In this document: positions 43,912-59,291 of the stretch, in pieces | Layout: each line of letters opens with the position of its first letter | Position numbering within the stretch: position 1 is the stretch's first letter | The notes under the pieces: generated by a model | The model's input: the letters and a program-made list of their open reading frames with translations, nothing else | Database searches by the model: none | Told to the model about the DNA's origin: nothing | Assembly: GCA_964016885.1 (NCBI GenBank) | Contig: OZ024740.1 | Span: forward strand, 142,166,001 to 142,230,000 | DNA length: 64,000 nucleotides | Source of the DNA: Eledone cirrhosa | Taxonomy: Eukaryota | Reading direction: 5' to 3' | Position numbers and translations under genes: made by a program

Positions 43912-45818
43912 ACTACCGACCCATTGCATGCCAGAACCTGATGTATAAGATATATACAGCCTGCCTCAACCTATTCCTCCAAGATCACTGTGAAAATAAT
44001 AACATCATCACAGATGAACAAGCAGCTGGAAAGAAAGGGGTTCGGGGATGTGCTGAACAACTCCTAATCAACAAAACTGCGATGTCAGAGGGGCGACAAC
44101 TTAGAAGGAATATGACTACAGTCTGGCTGGACTACAGGAAAGCTTTCGATTCTGTTCCCCACTCTTGGATGATAGAGGCCCTCCAGCTTGCTAAAGTCCC
44201 AGACATTATTGTCAGAGCCATAGAGAGGCTGTCTTCTTCTTGGGCCACTATCCTAAGGTTAAAGACAGAGAGAGAGGACTCTATTGTCACTGATAAAATA
44301 AAATATTGCAGGGGTATATTTCAGGGGTACAGTCTCTCTGTGATATTAAGCATCTTGTCATTAAAACCCTTGTCCTTTCTGCTCAAGAAATGTGAGGGAT
44401 ACATCATTGGCTCACAGGAGGACAGAAATACGAACCTAACCCATAATTTCCACATCAACAGTGACATAGACCGCCCAGAAACTTCCACATCAACAGTGAC
44501 ATAGACCGCCTTTACTTGAAACGTAAGCAGGGAGGCAGAGGCCTAACATCAGTCCAGATAACATTTGAATGTCGCATCATATCTCTCCGACAACATCTAC
44601 GAACCTCGAAGCGTAGGAGCCCGTTTCTCGAGCAAGTCTATCTGCATGAAACAGATAAGATCATGAGAGTTGGGAAGGAACTCCTCGAGAGATATTCCCT
44701 GTGTGATAATCAAGAGCTCACACCCAGGTATGTCGCTCAGCATTATCGTAGTGAATCCGTGGATGAAAAACTGCATGCCTATCAGCACAAAATCATGCAT
44801 GGATATGTTGCCAGGATGCTCCAGAGTGAGAGTAATATAGATAAGGAAAGTAGTCTATCTTGGACCAACAACCGCTATATTGGCTCCCACTTTGAAGGAT
44901 ACGCTTTTGCAATCCAGGAACAGGAGATTAGCACGAAATACCTGATTCACAAAAGAGATAGGGATGCAGACAAAACACCTAGATGTGACAACAAGTGCAG
45001 ACTCTGCAGAATTAACATCAAGGATATCACCCATGTCATCAGCAGCTGTCCAAAGATGTCATCGCGGTACTATCTACCTATGAGGCATGATGTAATGGCA
45101 AAAACACTGTACAATGCAGTTCGTAAAAACGATAGCCTCGATAATAAACACATTAAAAGCTACAGCAATGTGGAAGACATCCATGTACATAATATGAAAG
45201 AGTACTGGTGGAATGTTCCAGTAAAAACCCCAATAAAATGCAGGCATAACAGACCAGATATTATGATATGGGACAGAGAGAAGAAAACATGCACAGTAGT
45301 GGAAATTAGCTGCCCAGCAGATGCCAATATAATATCAAAGATTAGTGAAAAGGAGAATATTTATGCAGAACTGATGAGAAATCTGCAGATACTCCACCCT
45401 GATTACACCTTCAGATTTATGCCTGTGATTATTGGGGCACTGGGGTATGTTAGTAACTGCTTCAATACAAATCTTGAGAAGCTAGGCTTCACAGGAACAG
45501 AAAGAACACAACTAGTTAGGAAAGTACAAGTACAATCCATTAATGGAACAGTAAAAATATGTAAAACATTCCAAACATTTTGCATGTAATAACTGCATAT
45601 ACACATATACAGATGCAAAGCATATGCACATGCACACATACAACTCAAAACATCCACATCCACACATACAATAACATCCATATCTACACATGCATGGATA
45701 CATACATATCTACCTAGTTGATGTTGTATAAATTCCAATGAGAGAGTCTTGTGTCTATGTTAGAAACCGACTCTCTCTCTATTGGTAAAACTTTGTGAAA
45801 TTATAAAACCAGAAGAAC
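43912..45818 (+). mobile_element. 5'-truncated, internally deleted R4/Dong-like RLE LINE in (ACAT)n
   Basis: Starts at NYRPIACQN; lacks ~465 bp including the VDDLK motif; keeps CRLC..H..SSC, RHD and RPD; highly similar to 47688-50030. Confidence 0.9.
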
Positions 45819-45910
45819 ATACATACATACATACATACATACATACATACATACATACATACATACATACATACATACATACATACATACATACATACAT
45901 ACATACATAC

Positions 45911-48900
45911 ATCAGTCAACGCGATCAGTCGCATATTTTGGCGTGGGAGACTATTTATTAAATTTAAGATGAATACTATCTCCGATAGTAATGCCACAAC
46001 TACAGCCTGGTTGAATAAGTGGTTATTCTTCTAACTATCCCTTCTGAAGACACCTTTTATTCGAATTCGTAGAGATATCCGACTAAATACATAATTCATT
46101 TTACAAGGATTTGCTCAAAACAGCATGGCTGAACACAACATCAACAAGAAAATTAAGGAAGTATCGAAGACAAATAACAAAGAAGATAATCAAACTTTCT
46201 TCAGTTGTAGCTACAGAAGAAACCGAAATTATAAATCGCATTCCTCTTGGAGTTGCGAACTTAATAATGATTTATTTAATTGCTATAAAATGGCAAAAAA
46301 CAATCCCTCCATTGGCTATATGAAGAGAATGAAGCTACACTGGGACGAAATGCACCCAGAGCTAAATTATTTCACAGCGAAACAATTACGCCAACAAGCG
46401 ACGTTTGTTGAACGTGAAAATAAGATAAATATTATTAATTGTAAGTCCCCCACAACAAACATGGAATCAACAACACGCGCTACAGATCGCCATGCTACTA
46501 GACTTCCTAGCAGCCAGGTCGAACAGCACCTTGAAACAACTATGCCTGTACCATCTAAGTCTACCTCGAATGCTGGGGAAAACACTATCGATAATAATAA
46601 TAGTCGAAGAAATAATAATAATAATCGAATAAATGTGACACCACGTATACCATCCGAGTCTACCTCGACTGTTGTGGAAAATACTATCGATAATGATAAT
46701 CAAAAGTATAAACAATTGAAAATTTCCCTCAACGAAATCTTCCAGAGAGAAATTAAGTCATGTATAAATATCTCTCTGGCTGAACGTGTTAAAATGACAA
46801 TGGTGAATAAAAAAAACAAATAATGAAATACTACGCGTTATTGACGAAATAGCGGATGAATATTTACGACGGATAAAAACCCCAACATTTTGGCAAATCA
46901 ACGCCTGTTTATATGCCTTAGCAATGACAGTGAAGCATTATCTTGGTGATAGCAGAGATATTAACAAGAATAAAACACCACCAAAAATACCATCATATAT
47001 AATAACTAAAATAGAAAAAAAAGAGTGCTGACCTACGAAAAAACATAGGACATGTGATAATGCTCTTTACATGCAAACAAACACAAAAAAACCTCACTCC
47101 TCACCAAGAAAGAGTGAAAAATAAAATAGAGACGATGTTTGGTAACAGTAGAACCAGAACTCTCCAATATAAGCTGATCACCCTCAAACAAGAATTGAGA
47201 GATGTTAGCGAAAAACGCCGGTACCTGAAGAAGGTAGATGAGAGAAAAATGCTTAATAAAAGATTCAGACGAAACCAAACATCAGTCTATAGAGATATGA
47301 AGGGCAAAATAATAAGTGTTACTGAGGCCCCATCCCAGAAAGACATAGATTCCTTTTGGAGAAAAATATGGGGTGAAAAGAAGAATTTCAACCAAGATGC
47401 AGTGTGGCTCAGAGAAATCCGAAAGAACTATTGCTCCTACACTACAACAAAAACATACGAAATAAGTGAGGGTACCCTTGAGACTGTGATAGGAAAACTC
47501 AAAGATAAGAAAACACCAGGAAGAGAGGTGATTGTCGGCTACTGGTACAAAAAACTAATATTCTATCGGAGGTATCTTACCGACCTCTACCAACAAGTTC
47601 TTAAGGGAGATACACTTATACCAGAATAGTTGACATTAGCACAAACATTACTGGTCCCCAGAATAAAGACACCCATCTGGCAAAAACCTACCGACCCATT
47701 GCATGCCAGAACCTGATATATAAGATGTATACAGCCTGCCTCAACCTATTCCTCCAAGATCATTGTGAAAATAATAACATCATCACAGATGAACAAGCAG
47801 CTGGAAAGAGAAAGATTTGGGGATCTGCTGAACAACTCCTAATCAACAAAACTGCGATGACGGAGGTGCGACAACTTAGGAGGAATATGACTACAGTCTG
47901 GCTGGACTACAGGAAAGCTTTCGATTCTGTTCCCCACTCTTGGATGATAGAGGCCCTCCAACTTGCTAAATTCCCAGATATTATTGTCAGAGCCATAGAG
48001 AGGCTGTCTTCTTCTTGGGCTACTATCCTAAGGTTAAAGACAGAGAGGGAGGACTCTATTTTCACTGATAAAATAAAATATTGCAGGGGTATATTTCAGG
48101 GGGACAGTCTCTCTGTGATATTGTTCATCTTGTCATTAAACCCCTTGTCCTTTCTGCTCAAGAAATGTGAGGGATACATCATTGGCTCACAGGAGGACAG
48201 AAATACGAACCTAACCCATAACTTCTTTGTGGACGATCTGAAACTCTATGCCAAGAACATGGATGCGATGAAGAAAAATCTTGACCTGGTTACAACGTTC
48301 TCAAAGGATATAGGAATGGAGTTTGGCCAAGATAAATGCTCATACATGACTGTAAAGCGGGGAAAAACAACAACCCAATCTAGCAACATTGTCATCAATG
48401 GTCTAACTGTTTCACCGATATCTGATGAGGACTGCTACAGATACCTGGGGATAGATGAGAACATATCCTATAATGGTATCTGTAATAAAGAACGCGTAAC
48501 CAGGGAATACTACACCCGATTAAGAAAGATCTGGTCATCGGAACTCTCTGCGCAAAACAAAACAGTGATTCACAATGTGTTTGCTGTGCCTGTCCTAACA
48601 CCAACGTTTGGAATACTCAATTGGACGATAGACGAAATCCGAGCAGTTGATGTTGGAACTCGAAAAATACTGAACAACACCGGAAACTTCCACATCAACA
48701 GTGACATAGACCGCCTTTACTTGAAACGTAAGCAGGGAGGCAGAGGCCTAACATCAGTCCAGACAATATTTGAATGTCGCATCATATCTCTCCGACAACA
48801 TCTACGAACCTCGAAGCGTAGGAGCCCGTTTCTCGAGCAAGTCTATCTGCATGAAACAGATAAGATCATGAGAGTTGGGAAGGAACTCCTCGAGAGATAT

Positions 48901-50030
48901 TCCCTGTGTGATAATCAAAAACTCACACCCAGGGATGTCACTCAGCAGTATCGTAGTGAATCCATGGATGAAAAACCCATGCCTATCAGCAAAAAATCAT
49001 GCATGGATATGTTGCCAGGATGCTCCAGAGTGAGAGTAATATAGATAAGGAAAGTAGTCTATCTTGGACCAACAACCGCTATATTGGCTCCCACTTTGAA
49101 GGATACGCTTTTGCAATCCAGGAACAGGAGATTAGCACGAAATACCTGATTCACAAAAGAGATAGGGATGCAGACAAAACACTTAGATGTGACAACAAGT
49201 GCAGACTCTGCAGAATTAACATCGAGGATATCACCCATGTCATCAGCAGCTGTCCAAAGATGTCATCGCGGTACTATCTACCTATGAGGCATGATGTAAT
49301 GGCAAAAACACTGTACAATGCAGTTCGTAAAAACGATAGCCTCGATAATAAACACATTAAAAGCTACAGCAATGTGGAAGACATCCATGTACATAATATG
49401 AAAGAGTACTGGTGGAATGTTCCAGTAAAAACCCCAATAAAATGCAGGCATAACAGACCAGATACTATGATATGGGACAGGGAAAAGAAGGCATGCACAG
49501 TAATGGAAATTAGCTGCCCAGCAGATGTCAATCTAATATCAAAGATTAGCGAAAAGGAGAATATTTATGCAGAACTGATGAGAAATCTGCAAATACTCCA
49601 CCCTGATTATACCTTCAGATTTATGCCTGTGATTATTGGGACACTGGGCTATGTTAGTAACTGCCTCAATACAAATCTTGAGATGCTAGGCTTCACAGGA
49701 ACAGAAAGAACACAACTAGTTAGGAAACTACAAGTACAATCCATTAATGGAACAGTAAAAATATGTAAAACATTCCAAAAATGTTGTATCTAATAACTGC
49801 ATATACACATGTACAGATACAAAGCATATACACATGCACACATACAACTCAAAACATACACATCCACACATACAATAACATCCATATCTACACTTGCATG
49901 CATGCAGACATACATACATATCTACCTAGTTGATGTTGTGTAAATTCCAATGAGAGAGTCTTGTGTCTATGTTAGAAACCGACTCTCTCTCTATTGGTAA
50001 AAATTTGTGAAATTATAAAACCAGAAGAAC
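45911..50030 (+). mobile_element. Near full-length R4/Dong-like non-LTR retrotransposon (RT + CCHC + restriction-like endonuclease), disrupted
   Basis: Single long ORF ~46125-49793 broken by frameshifts and stops: WLDYRKAFDSVPHSW, GIFQGDSLS, FVDDLKLYA, YRYLG, GGRGL, CRLC..THVISSC, RHD, NRPD..EISCP; both ends abut (ACAT)n. Confidence 0.92.
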
Positions 50031-52349
50031 ATACATACATAAATAAATAAATAATCGCCGTCAACACGTTAGACCAGTAAGACCATCACTGATAAATAAT
50101 ATCTCTCTGTTAGTGGTTGTCAGCCCTGCAAAGACTTTGAAAGCCTGCTAGGGACTTACATATTGTGTTGATATAATGTATTGGAATTCACTCCTTCCCT
50201 CATTCGGCTCTTCAGTCTGATCTGGACCATGAATATGTATTTTTGCATGCCTTGTAAGTCCTGACTTATTCGTGTACTACATGTCAAATTGGTTGCAAAG
50301 ATTCAGCCTGTTGGATTTCTGCCTGATTACATAGGTAACTTTTAAAGCCAGCTTTTGACAAGCATATTGGCGCACTTATATTGCATACAACCAGAGGTAC
50401 AGAAGTCTCCAGATGTTAGCTGCACACTTAATGCTAGCCCATAATGGCGCAAATTCCAGAAGAATTCCTACATTATTAGAGTGATCGATGCGCCACATGT
50501 TTCTAGCTAATGCTATGACCCCCCATCGAGTTGGATCCCTTTTGAGCTGTGTCACGAAATATTTGAATAATCCTTGATTCATACATACATACATACATAC
50601 ACGCATACATATATACATACATACATGCATACATACATACATACATACATACATACATACATACATACATACATACATACATACATACATACATACATAC
50701 ATACATACATACATACATACATACAAACATGATGACTGCAAACTCTGCTAAGAGTATTGCAATGGCTTGTCAGATTACAGAAAATGGTGCACTTTTAGGC
50801 TATGGCCAGCCATACGAACCTGTAACAGATCCTGAACAAGCAATGCCTGTGCTTTGAAGGTACATTAAAGTGGGGAAAGGCCTTGCACTCGACCACTCCC
50901 ACTCCCTGAGCATCGAAAACACTACCCGAAAAGGAAAACTGGTCAACATCATCAGATGCTTCTGAAGCCGCAGGCTTTTTCTTTCAGAGTTTCCTTCTCT
51001 TAGAAAAGTCTTGTGACAACAACTGAGGGGCCTTTCACTCCCAGGTGAAAAAATACATACATACATACAAACCAACATACATACAAACATACATACATAC
51101 ATGCATACAATCAGGCATAAAAAAACAGTTATACATTAACTGAGTGAAGATTTAATACAAGTATAAAATCTACATTACACTATCAACAGCACCACTATCT
51201 CAATTACCGCCACCACTACTGCCAATACCACTACACTCAGTTCTACAAAAACAATAACCAGCAACAATGGTCACCAATATTCTTTGTATTCTGTTTGGAT
51301 ATCCAATAGCAGAGTTGTGTGCAAAGTGCATATATTTCATATTTTTTCATTTGTAATTCTAGCTACACTAACACATACACACACACAGGCGCGTGCAAAC
51401 ATACACTCTGACATATACATGCGCACACACACACACACACACACACATATACATATATGTGTATGTATATATATAATATATACATACACACATACACATA
51501 TATATGTAGCATATATACACTGTACACTTATGTAAATATGTACACGCGTATGTGAGTGTGTCTGTCTACTCTTTTGTCTAATTTTATGGCTTCTCACTTT
51601 CTTACTTCCCTTTTATATAATAAATATATTTTTTTGTTTCGTACATTATGAACACAGATTCCATCACCGTCCTCCTCCCGATACCCAACCACCTCCGTAT
51701 CAATATTCTCAAAGAAATATGTCTTTCCACAATATCAAAATGCCTGCTAGACAATTTTTCATAATATAGCTCTTCAAATGTTCTTGTTATATTTACTTCA
51801 TCGGTGTAACATTGAGTGTGTGTATATACATACGATTTTGTATATACATGTGAATATATATGTACAGTAGGGTGCGTATGTACACAAAAGTGTATATTTA
51901 TATATATATATGAGGCTGTGTATGTTCACCAGGGTATGTATATATGTAAACATGAGTACATACATATTTTGATGTTTGATTTACTGTCGTTGAGAACAGT
52001 TAACTTGTCATGAACGGTAGACTTAACGCTAGATATACAATATTTAGTTTCACTTCTTGAGATAACGGGCTCGTTAGAGCAGTGATACCGAAACCTTACT
52101 CTATTATTTACCACCCCTTTGCTTGATATACCCCACCATATACCCCACATACTAATTTGTCAATATATAAAATATAAACTAAATCTAGTGTATGTATAAA
52201 TAAAAAGTGCGTGTGGAGGGTGTATATATATATAAGGGTGGGTAGGTGAGGGTGTGTGTGTGTGCAAAAAGTAAACGGAATCAACAAAGAAAGCAACACA
52301 GTAAAATGAAGAAAAACTTTAGTTTAATGCTTGGTAGTTTAAGAAAAGA

Positions 52350-52394
52350 ATCTTTACGTTTCGGGCAATAGTTCTTCATTCTTCATCAGAAGAT
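52350..52394 (-). ncRNA. Hammerhead motif with damaged stem II
   Basis: atctt-CTGATGA-..ttgccc-GAAA-cg-TA-aagat. Confidence 0.55.
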
Positions 52395-52451
52395 AGAATA
52401 AGAAATGAAAGATGAATTAGAAAGATTGAATGTGAGACAAGGAAGAAATGG

Positions 52452-52543
<92 letters not shown>

Positions 52544-52987
52544 TGGTGGTAGCACTAAGACAGAGTTTTATTAGTGCTACCGCCAATTAAATATAAACAG
52601 CCATGTTCGCACTATATGCAAATGAGCATATCCTGTCGATATTTTCTATTTTCTATACGCAAATTAGAATATCCAGCAAATGATCAGCACGTAAAATGTT
52701 ATATGGACTCTAGTCTGTTTCCAAGCCAGTGCGAGTTGAATGAGTGTCAGTGATAAAAGATTAACACATCTGGAAACAGCTCTGTATGACATTCTCGAAA
52801 TGTACTAGCTCCTCTCTGATATATTAACAGAGGAAAATAGAGAAAAATAAATTATTTTCGTTATGAGAAGAGATTTTTCTCCGATAGTGAGTCTTCCCAT
52901 ATATTTAATGCTTATAAACGTACAATATATGTTTATATACGTTTCATATACATCTCTCTCTCTTTCTCTTTCTCTCTCTCCATCTCA

Positions 52988-53156
<169 letters not shown>

Positions 53157-53769
53157 TGTTTTAGCAGAAAATAGTAATTGGTCTGATGAGCCCATGACCT
53201 AAAGAGTCGAATCCTGTCGTTACATAATGAAAAGAAATATATTTTTGAGAATGGTTTTTTAGCCTAACCAATGGTAAAACGAAATAAACACATGTTAAAC
53301 TGAAATCATCTCTTTTGATGTATCTGTATATATAACATATTCCATTATTCCATTAGTAGTGGAACAAATTGCGGAAAGAGAACTATGTTGAACGAGGGTT
53401 ATGTAAATGGATATTTTCCCTTCCCTAATACTATCTCTTCTGTCCGTGTCTGTGTAAAGAGTATCTTTGACTGTATGCTTTACAATGATATCTGTGTACC
53501 TAAATATATGTCTGCATGCATGTGTATCTGCGATGTTTCTGATAGGGAAAGAAGGGGAAAACGTTGTATGGGTTTATGGTGCGCTGGTTGTTTTAAAACG
53601 AGCTTGATAAATAATTATTGTTCGTCACGTACCCATGGACGAGAGCCACACAAACTTCACGTGACATCCGGCTCATGTTGTTCCGGTGCGAAGTGATTCT
53701 GTCATTCATCCTAGCGCCAACGCCATCTTTGTCACCCCAGAAATTATTTCTCTATATCAGTTCCATATG

Positions 53770-53815
<46 letters not shown>

Positions 53816-53913
53816 TTTTTATTTTATTTTTATTTTATTTTTTTTATATATACATATACATCATATATATGTGTGTGTGTGCGTGTATATGCGCGAAAAG
53901 GGGGAAAAGGGAT

Positions 53914-53966
<53 letters not shown>

Positions 53967-53997
53967 GGATGGGGGAGGGGAGGGAGAGGGAGAGAGA

Positions 53998-54077
<80 letters not shown>

Positions 54078-55012
54078 GGGGGAGAGAGAGAGAGGCATAC
54101 AACGATAGACTGATTAATTACAAGTTTTGTGATGGATGAAAAGAAAGCTGAAACGTATTTGATGAGTGTCAAGTACATTGATGTGTTTTCTGTACATATG
54201 ACTATATTATGAGTCTCATACAACCTGGCTTTCACAAGTAGAAGTTTCTCCTATTCACAATGAAATGCGATATATGTCGATCTGTGTCTATGGCTGATTG
54301 AGGATACATATATGTTAATATATATAGAGAGAGAGACACATATTCCATTAATACTATGGTAGTGTGATTTCGTATATCTATTAGTATATATGTATATATC
54401 TCGTATATTCATACAAACATGTGTATATATATACATACATATATATATATACACACATGTATGTGTATGTATGATTGCGCGCGTGTGTGTGTGTGTGCAT
54501 ACATATTACATTCATATGTACAACCACAGTATGTATATATGGGCTATAGCAGTAAGGATGTTTCTCTTTCGTAGCACATCTAAAGTAGATCACCGTTGCA
54601 CACGATTCACTCCAGGGTTCAAAAGAAACCAATTTATCTATTTATCTACCTCTCCCCCGCCACACTCCCTTTCTCTGCATATATATATATATATATTTGC
54701 ATATACATATATTATACACATACATACTGTACCTATATACGTAGTCTTTTATCGTTTAATGAGTCTCGTTTCATTAACAGATTTTAGTTGCGGTACGAGA
54801 ATTTAAGAGATATACAGATATGAGTAGCTTTTTTTCTCGGCACTGGATAACATCCTCTAGTGTCATCGTCTCACTGCAGGGCGAAATAAAAATAGCAAAT
54901 AAAAAGGGCAATCACAGACTTATCATCTAGAACCATCCAGGCTACGTCAGATCTCTTCGATAGAGCGTCAAGCTGACACATGCAAGCATGGGAAACGGAA
55001 GAAAAATGTTGT

Positions 55013-55058
<46 letters not shown>

Positions 55059-55783
55059 AGTGACGTGGTGGTGGTGGGAGATGAGAATCACGTGAGTACA
55101 AATGATTAATACACTTTGATTTCCGTTTGATTTCCGTTCTGGTACATTTATGGCTCAGCACATATAGTCAAAGATGATTTTGCGTGAAGCTATCAAAGGA
55201 GATGACCCCCTCGGAGGTCATCGAAGGAGTTGACAATCTTCAACTTCTTGCCTTTCTGACCGAGTGTTACGAGGGCAGTAGTTCCTACAGAGTATTGGTT
55301 TCTTAGAAGACCTCTGTTTTGTTGAGACTAAATGTGAAACTAAAGAATTCAAAATGTGTTTTTAAAGTAGGGTTTGGACGGACAAAATTTCAATCTAACA
55401 AAATTCAATTATATTCTAGGGAGAGTATGAGTCTGATCATGAGCGTCATTGATGCGAATTCCAAGCATATTACGGTCATTTTGTACCTCTTCATTGAAAT
55501 ATAATCAAACAAAATACCTGATGAGAGAACTACTTCGAGTATATATATGTCTTTTTTTACTTTTTGGTGTGAAGAAAATTCAGAGCGGAAACAAATTTAG
55601 ACTATCGACATTGGAAGATTTCCCAAAGGTCCCTTCTGCATGGGGAGCATGTAGTACAAGCTTCCATAATTTAAGTGGTGAGCCGAAAATAATTTTTAAG
55701 TAATTGAAATTATAACCGACCGGACTGGGAAGAAAATTCATCAGCGATAATGACAATTATTCTCACAAGGGGGAGGATATATA

Positions 55784-55852
<69 letters not shown>

Positions 55853-55982
55853 GGGGTGGGGATAAGAATGATGTGGCTGTTAAATATAGTTGACCCAACA
55901 AATTATTAAAAAGTCAATAGTCAAGAATCGCGTTATTAGTTTGGTAGCGATGTTATTGCTATTCTTTTTTCTAAATGCATTC

Positions 55983-56020
<38 letters not shown>

Positions 56021-56050
56021 CTGTGTGTGTGTGTGTACATACGCCGCATA

Positions 56051-56116
<66 letters not shown>

Positions 56117-56324
56117 TTTATTTTATTGTTCTAAATATATACAAAACTGACTCACCGGAAGAAAATATTTAAAAGATATATATATAAAATATCATTAATT
56201 TTGTTGACGTCTGATAATGCAGAATTGGAAACACCTATGAGAAAACAATAATGAGAATAAACATTGTGTTGGAAGGCATTCCTGCCGTGACAAATTAGTC
56301 GCATATTTTTATCATTCTTATCAG

Positions 56325-57166
56325 ATATATTTCTTTATTAGCCACAGGGGCACAAAAGAAGGGGACAAATACAAAGGGGGAAGTTTACATACAATAAAAA
56401 CGTGTAAAATGTTATCACAAATGGAATTTAAAAAGTTAGTCGATTTTCCCCAATAGAGGGAGACAGTTTATATTGGTAACACATACCCCCGAAAAAAAAT
56501 GTGCAACCCTCATCTCCAGGAGTACGAAGAGTTTGTACTCCTTTCCTCTCCTCCTTCTTTTCCTCAACCTACAGGCTGATATAGAGAGAAGGCCCATTCA
56601 CTCGGGCCATTCTCGCCACTTTCACCCACCTTTCATAAAACTTGCTGGGGTACAGCACCTCTCTCTCCATCCTGATTCTTCTTCCAAAGTGGTATTTGAA
56701 AAAAGAATCAGTTGTTGGTCGGAGAGAAAGGTGTCTGACCTCAGCCCTTTCAACCTTGTCCACCATACAACCTCTTTCGCCATAGCTATCACACAAAGGA
56801 AAACCGCCACTCCTTCGTTTTTGAAGGAGGGTGGCGGTTTGATCATGACAATGGACTCGGTGGTCAACTGGATTGGTCCCACCTGCGACAATAGTCGTTC
56901 TACATAGCCCCACAGGTCAGTGACGCCCGGGCAGTGTATGAATGCGTGCGTGACGGTTTCTTCGTCTCGCACGCATCTCGGACAGATCTTTTTTGCAGGG
57001 TCCCTGCCCGGGCGCCCATGTCTGTAGAGCTTGTCTCGAACTGGTAGAGCTCCTCGGTAGCACTGCCAGGCCAGGGACTTTTGGAAGTTGTCCATCGGTC
57101 CCGGGCGGAAGGTCCTACCGAACAGACTGGCCAGTTCATCTTCCTCTACGCCTAGAGTTTCACCGA
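56325..57166 (-). mobile_element. 3' end of the Tx1 LINE family (C-terminal zinc-binding domain, 3' UTR, AATAAA)
   Basis: GETLGVEEDEL..FRPGPMDNFQKSLAWQCYRGALPVRDKL..CPRC..ETVTHAFIHC; first ~78 bp match 27065-27142. Confidence 0.88.
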
Positions 57167-58325
57167 GGAGGCAAAATAGCAAAGTCATTCCAACGTCAGA
57201 TAGAATTCGTAGCGTTATTCGTACCGCTTGTCTGAGTTCAAATTTCAATTTGGTTTTCATCCTTTCCGAATCGATAAATAAAGAGGATAATTCAGCTGTG
57301 ATGCGCGATTTGCTATTGATCTATAGAGAAACTCGCGTCACACCTGAATAAATTTAATGCTGATACTCTGACACCTCGTTTCTACTTATTTTTAATATTA
57401 CACTCTACTTATGAAGGAAGCCGGCCACAGTTTAACTCCAAATGTGTAATATCAAGTATTGGACTTAAACGGACCCACCTAGGCATCGAATGATCAAGTT
57501 GGTGATGCAACAGTAACATAAAGCTATATATATAATATGCCAGGATAACATAAAAGAATGGTGGAGTTAAGTTAAAACGTAAACATTAAACAGATAAATG
57601 AAAAGTAAAATAAATTGTGAAGAAAGAAGGCACTGACAAAATATTTGCACAAATTTAAGATCAATATGTGTTGGATAAAAATATTTACGTTGAATAGAAA
57701 ATGAAGAAGATATACAGCGTTTCGGGTGGAACCCATTATGAAAGTGGAGGGAGAAAAGAAAAGTTTAAGAAATAGAAAAAGGTGTAGGAACGATACGAAG
57801 TTGGAGATATGTGAGTTTGAGATGGATACTCTACATAAATATATCTAAGAAAAATATACAGCTATCACTCGGATTCGAATATGATTTAGTAATTTGTAGC
57901 ATGATTTTGCTAAGGGTTTTAGGTGCCCATTGCGCTGACACAGTCCCTTGATTTAGCGGAACAACCAATATGTGAATGTGAGAAGGTAACGGGGCTGTAC
58001 TATCAGTAGACTGTTACTTTCTTTATCGACCCCAAAAAGATCAAAGGCAAAGTGGATCTCGACAGGATTTGAACTCAGAATGCAGAGACGCGTAACAAAT
58101 ATCTAACACTCTAAAGATTATGCCAAATCGTCCCACTACATCTTGGATATTTCCACTTAACTTTTACTTCAGTATATATGTATATATAGAGAGAGAATTG
58201 AACTCGGAATCTTGAGAATCACGGGAAAAAAAACAAAAGTGGTTAAAAAGCGGGCTACTAGCCTCAAGATTCCGAGTACAATTCTAGGCAGTGACCTGAA
58301 CAAACGTTAATAATAACATCACTAG

Positions 58326-58371
58326 GACACCTGATGAAAGCTGGAGAGTACATCAGCCGAAACGTTGTGTT
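58326..58371 (+). ncRNA. Minimal hammerhead motif
   Basis: gacac-CTGATGA-a agctg..cagcc-GAAA-cg-TT-gtgtt, in an island bounded by TA runs. Confidence 0.65.
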
Positions 58372-58441
58372 AACAACAAAACAAGATGAGGACACCTACC
58401 CGTCCAATGTATATAATGTGTGTGTATATATATATACTGAA

Positions 58442-58475
<34 letters not shown>

Positions 58476-58591
58476 AGATAAGCAGAACAAGCAAAAATTC
58501 AATCAATTTTCCAAAATAAATCAAAATTAATATACAATCAAAATTAATCAAAATTAAAAAATATAATATAAATATTTACCTATTCTAATGG

Positions 58592-58669
58592 CCCTAACTG
58601 TACAGTTTCACGGTGCAAAACATTAAATATCACCAGGATATTAATGGAAAAGCAACGATCATCAGAGAA
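58592..58669 (-). ncRNA. Hammerhead motif with an extended stem II hairpin
   Basis: ttct-CTGATGA-tcgttgc..cattaatatc ctggt gatatttaatg..gcaccgt-GAAA-ctgtacag-TT-aggg. Confidence 0.65.
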
Positions 58670-58774
58670 GCATTTTCCTGTCCTAGGGTTAAAAACCCCA
58701 GGAACGACAAAATATATGACCTCACTCCAACTAATACAGGTCTAAAAGGTCGTGAAAGTGACCCGTAAATACAT

Positions 58775-58824
<50 letters not shown>

Positions 58825-58892
58825 TGAAGTAAAAGTTAAGTGGAAATATCCAAGAGTAAGAGCACTCAGCCCATAGGACGAGTTTAGTATCA

Positions 58893-58978
58893 ATAATTGT
58901 TTCTACGTTAGGCACAAGGCCAGCAATTACCAGTGTATTACTGGTACTTTATTTTATCGACCCCGTAAGGATGAAAGG
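58893..58978 (-). mobile_element. SINE 3' fragment
   Basis: Matches the 3' half of the main SINE family. Confidence 0.75.
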
Positions 58979-59134
58979 TTTAGTATAAATAATGAACGTT
59001 CTTGTTATATACCCAAAGGGAAAGCACAATCTACCACAGGCGGCCATCTTTGTTTTCCATTTTTCTCATGTCAGGCTGCAGAAACTGGGGCCCAGAACCC
59101 AACGAAACTTGAGTACTTGTTTATGTCACTGTTG

Positions 59135-59190
<56 letters not shown>

Positions 59191-59213
59191 TATATATATA
59201 CACACACACACAT

Positions 59214-59291
<78 letters not shown>

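Noticed and set aside
53630-53752. Possible minus-strand exon (RNNFWGDKDG..VALVHG, followed by gtacgt)
   Set aside because: Weak acceptor, no homology I recognise and no partner exons.
56320-56332. atatctgata after the Tx1 3' end, resembling U2 snRNA (Keno-type target)
   Set aside because: Only a 10-nt AT-rich match, and not at the known insertion position.
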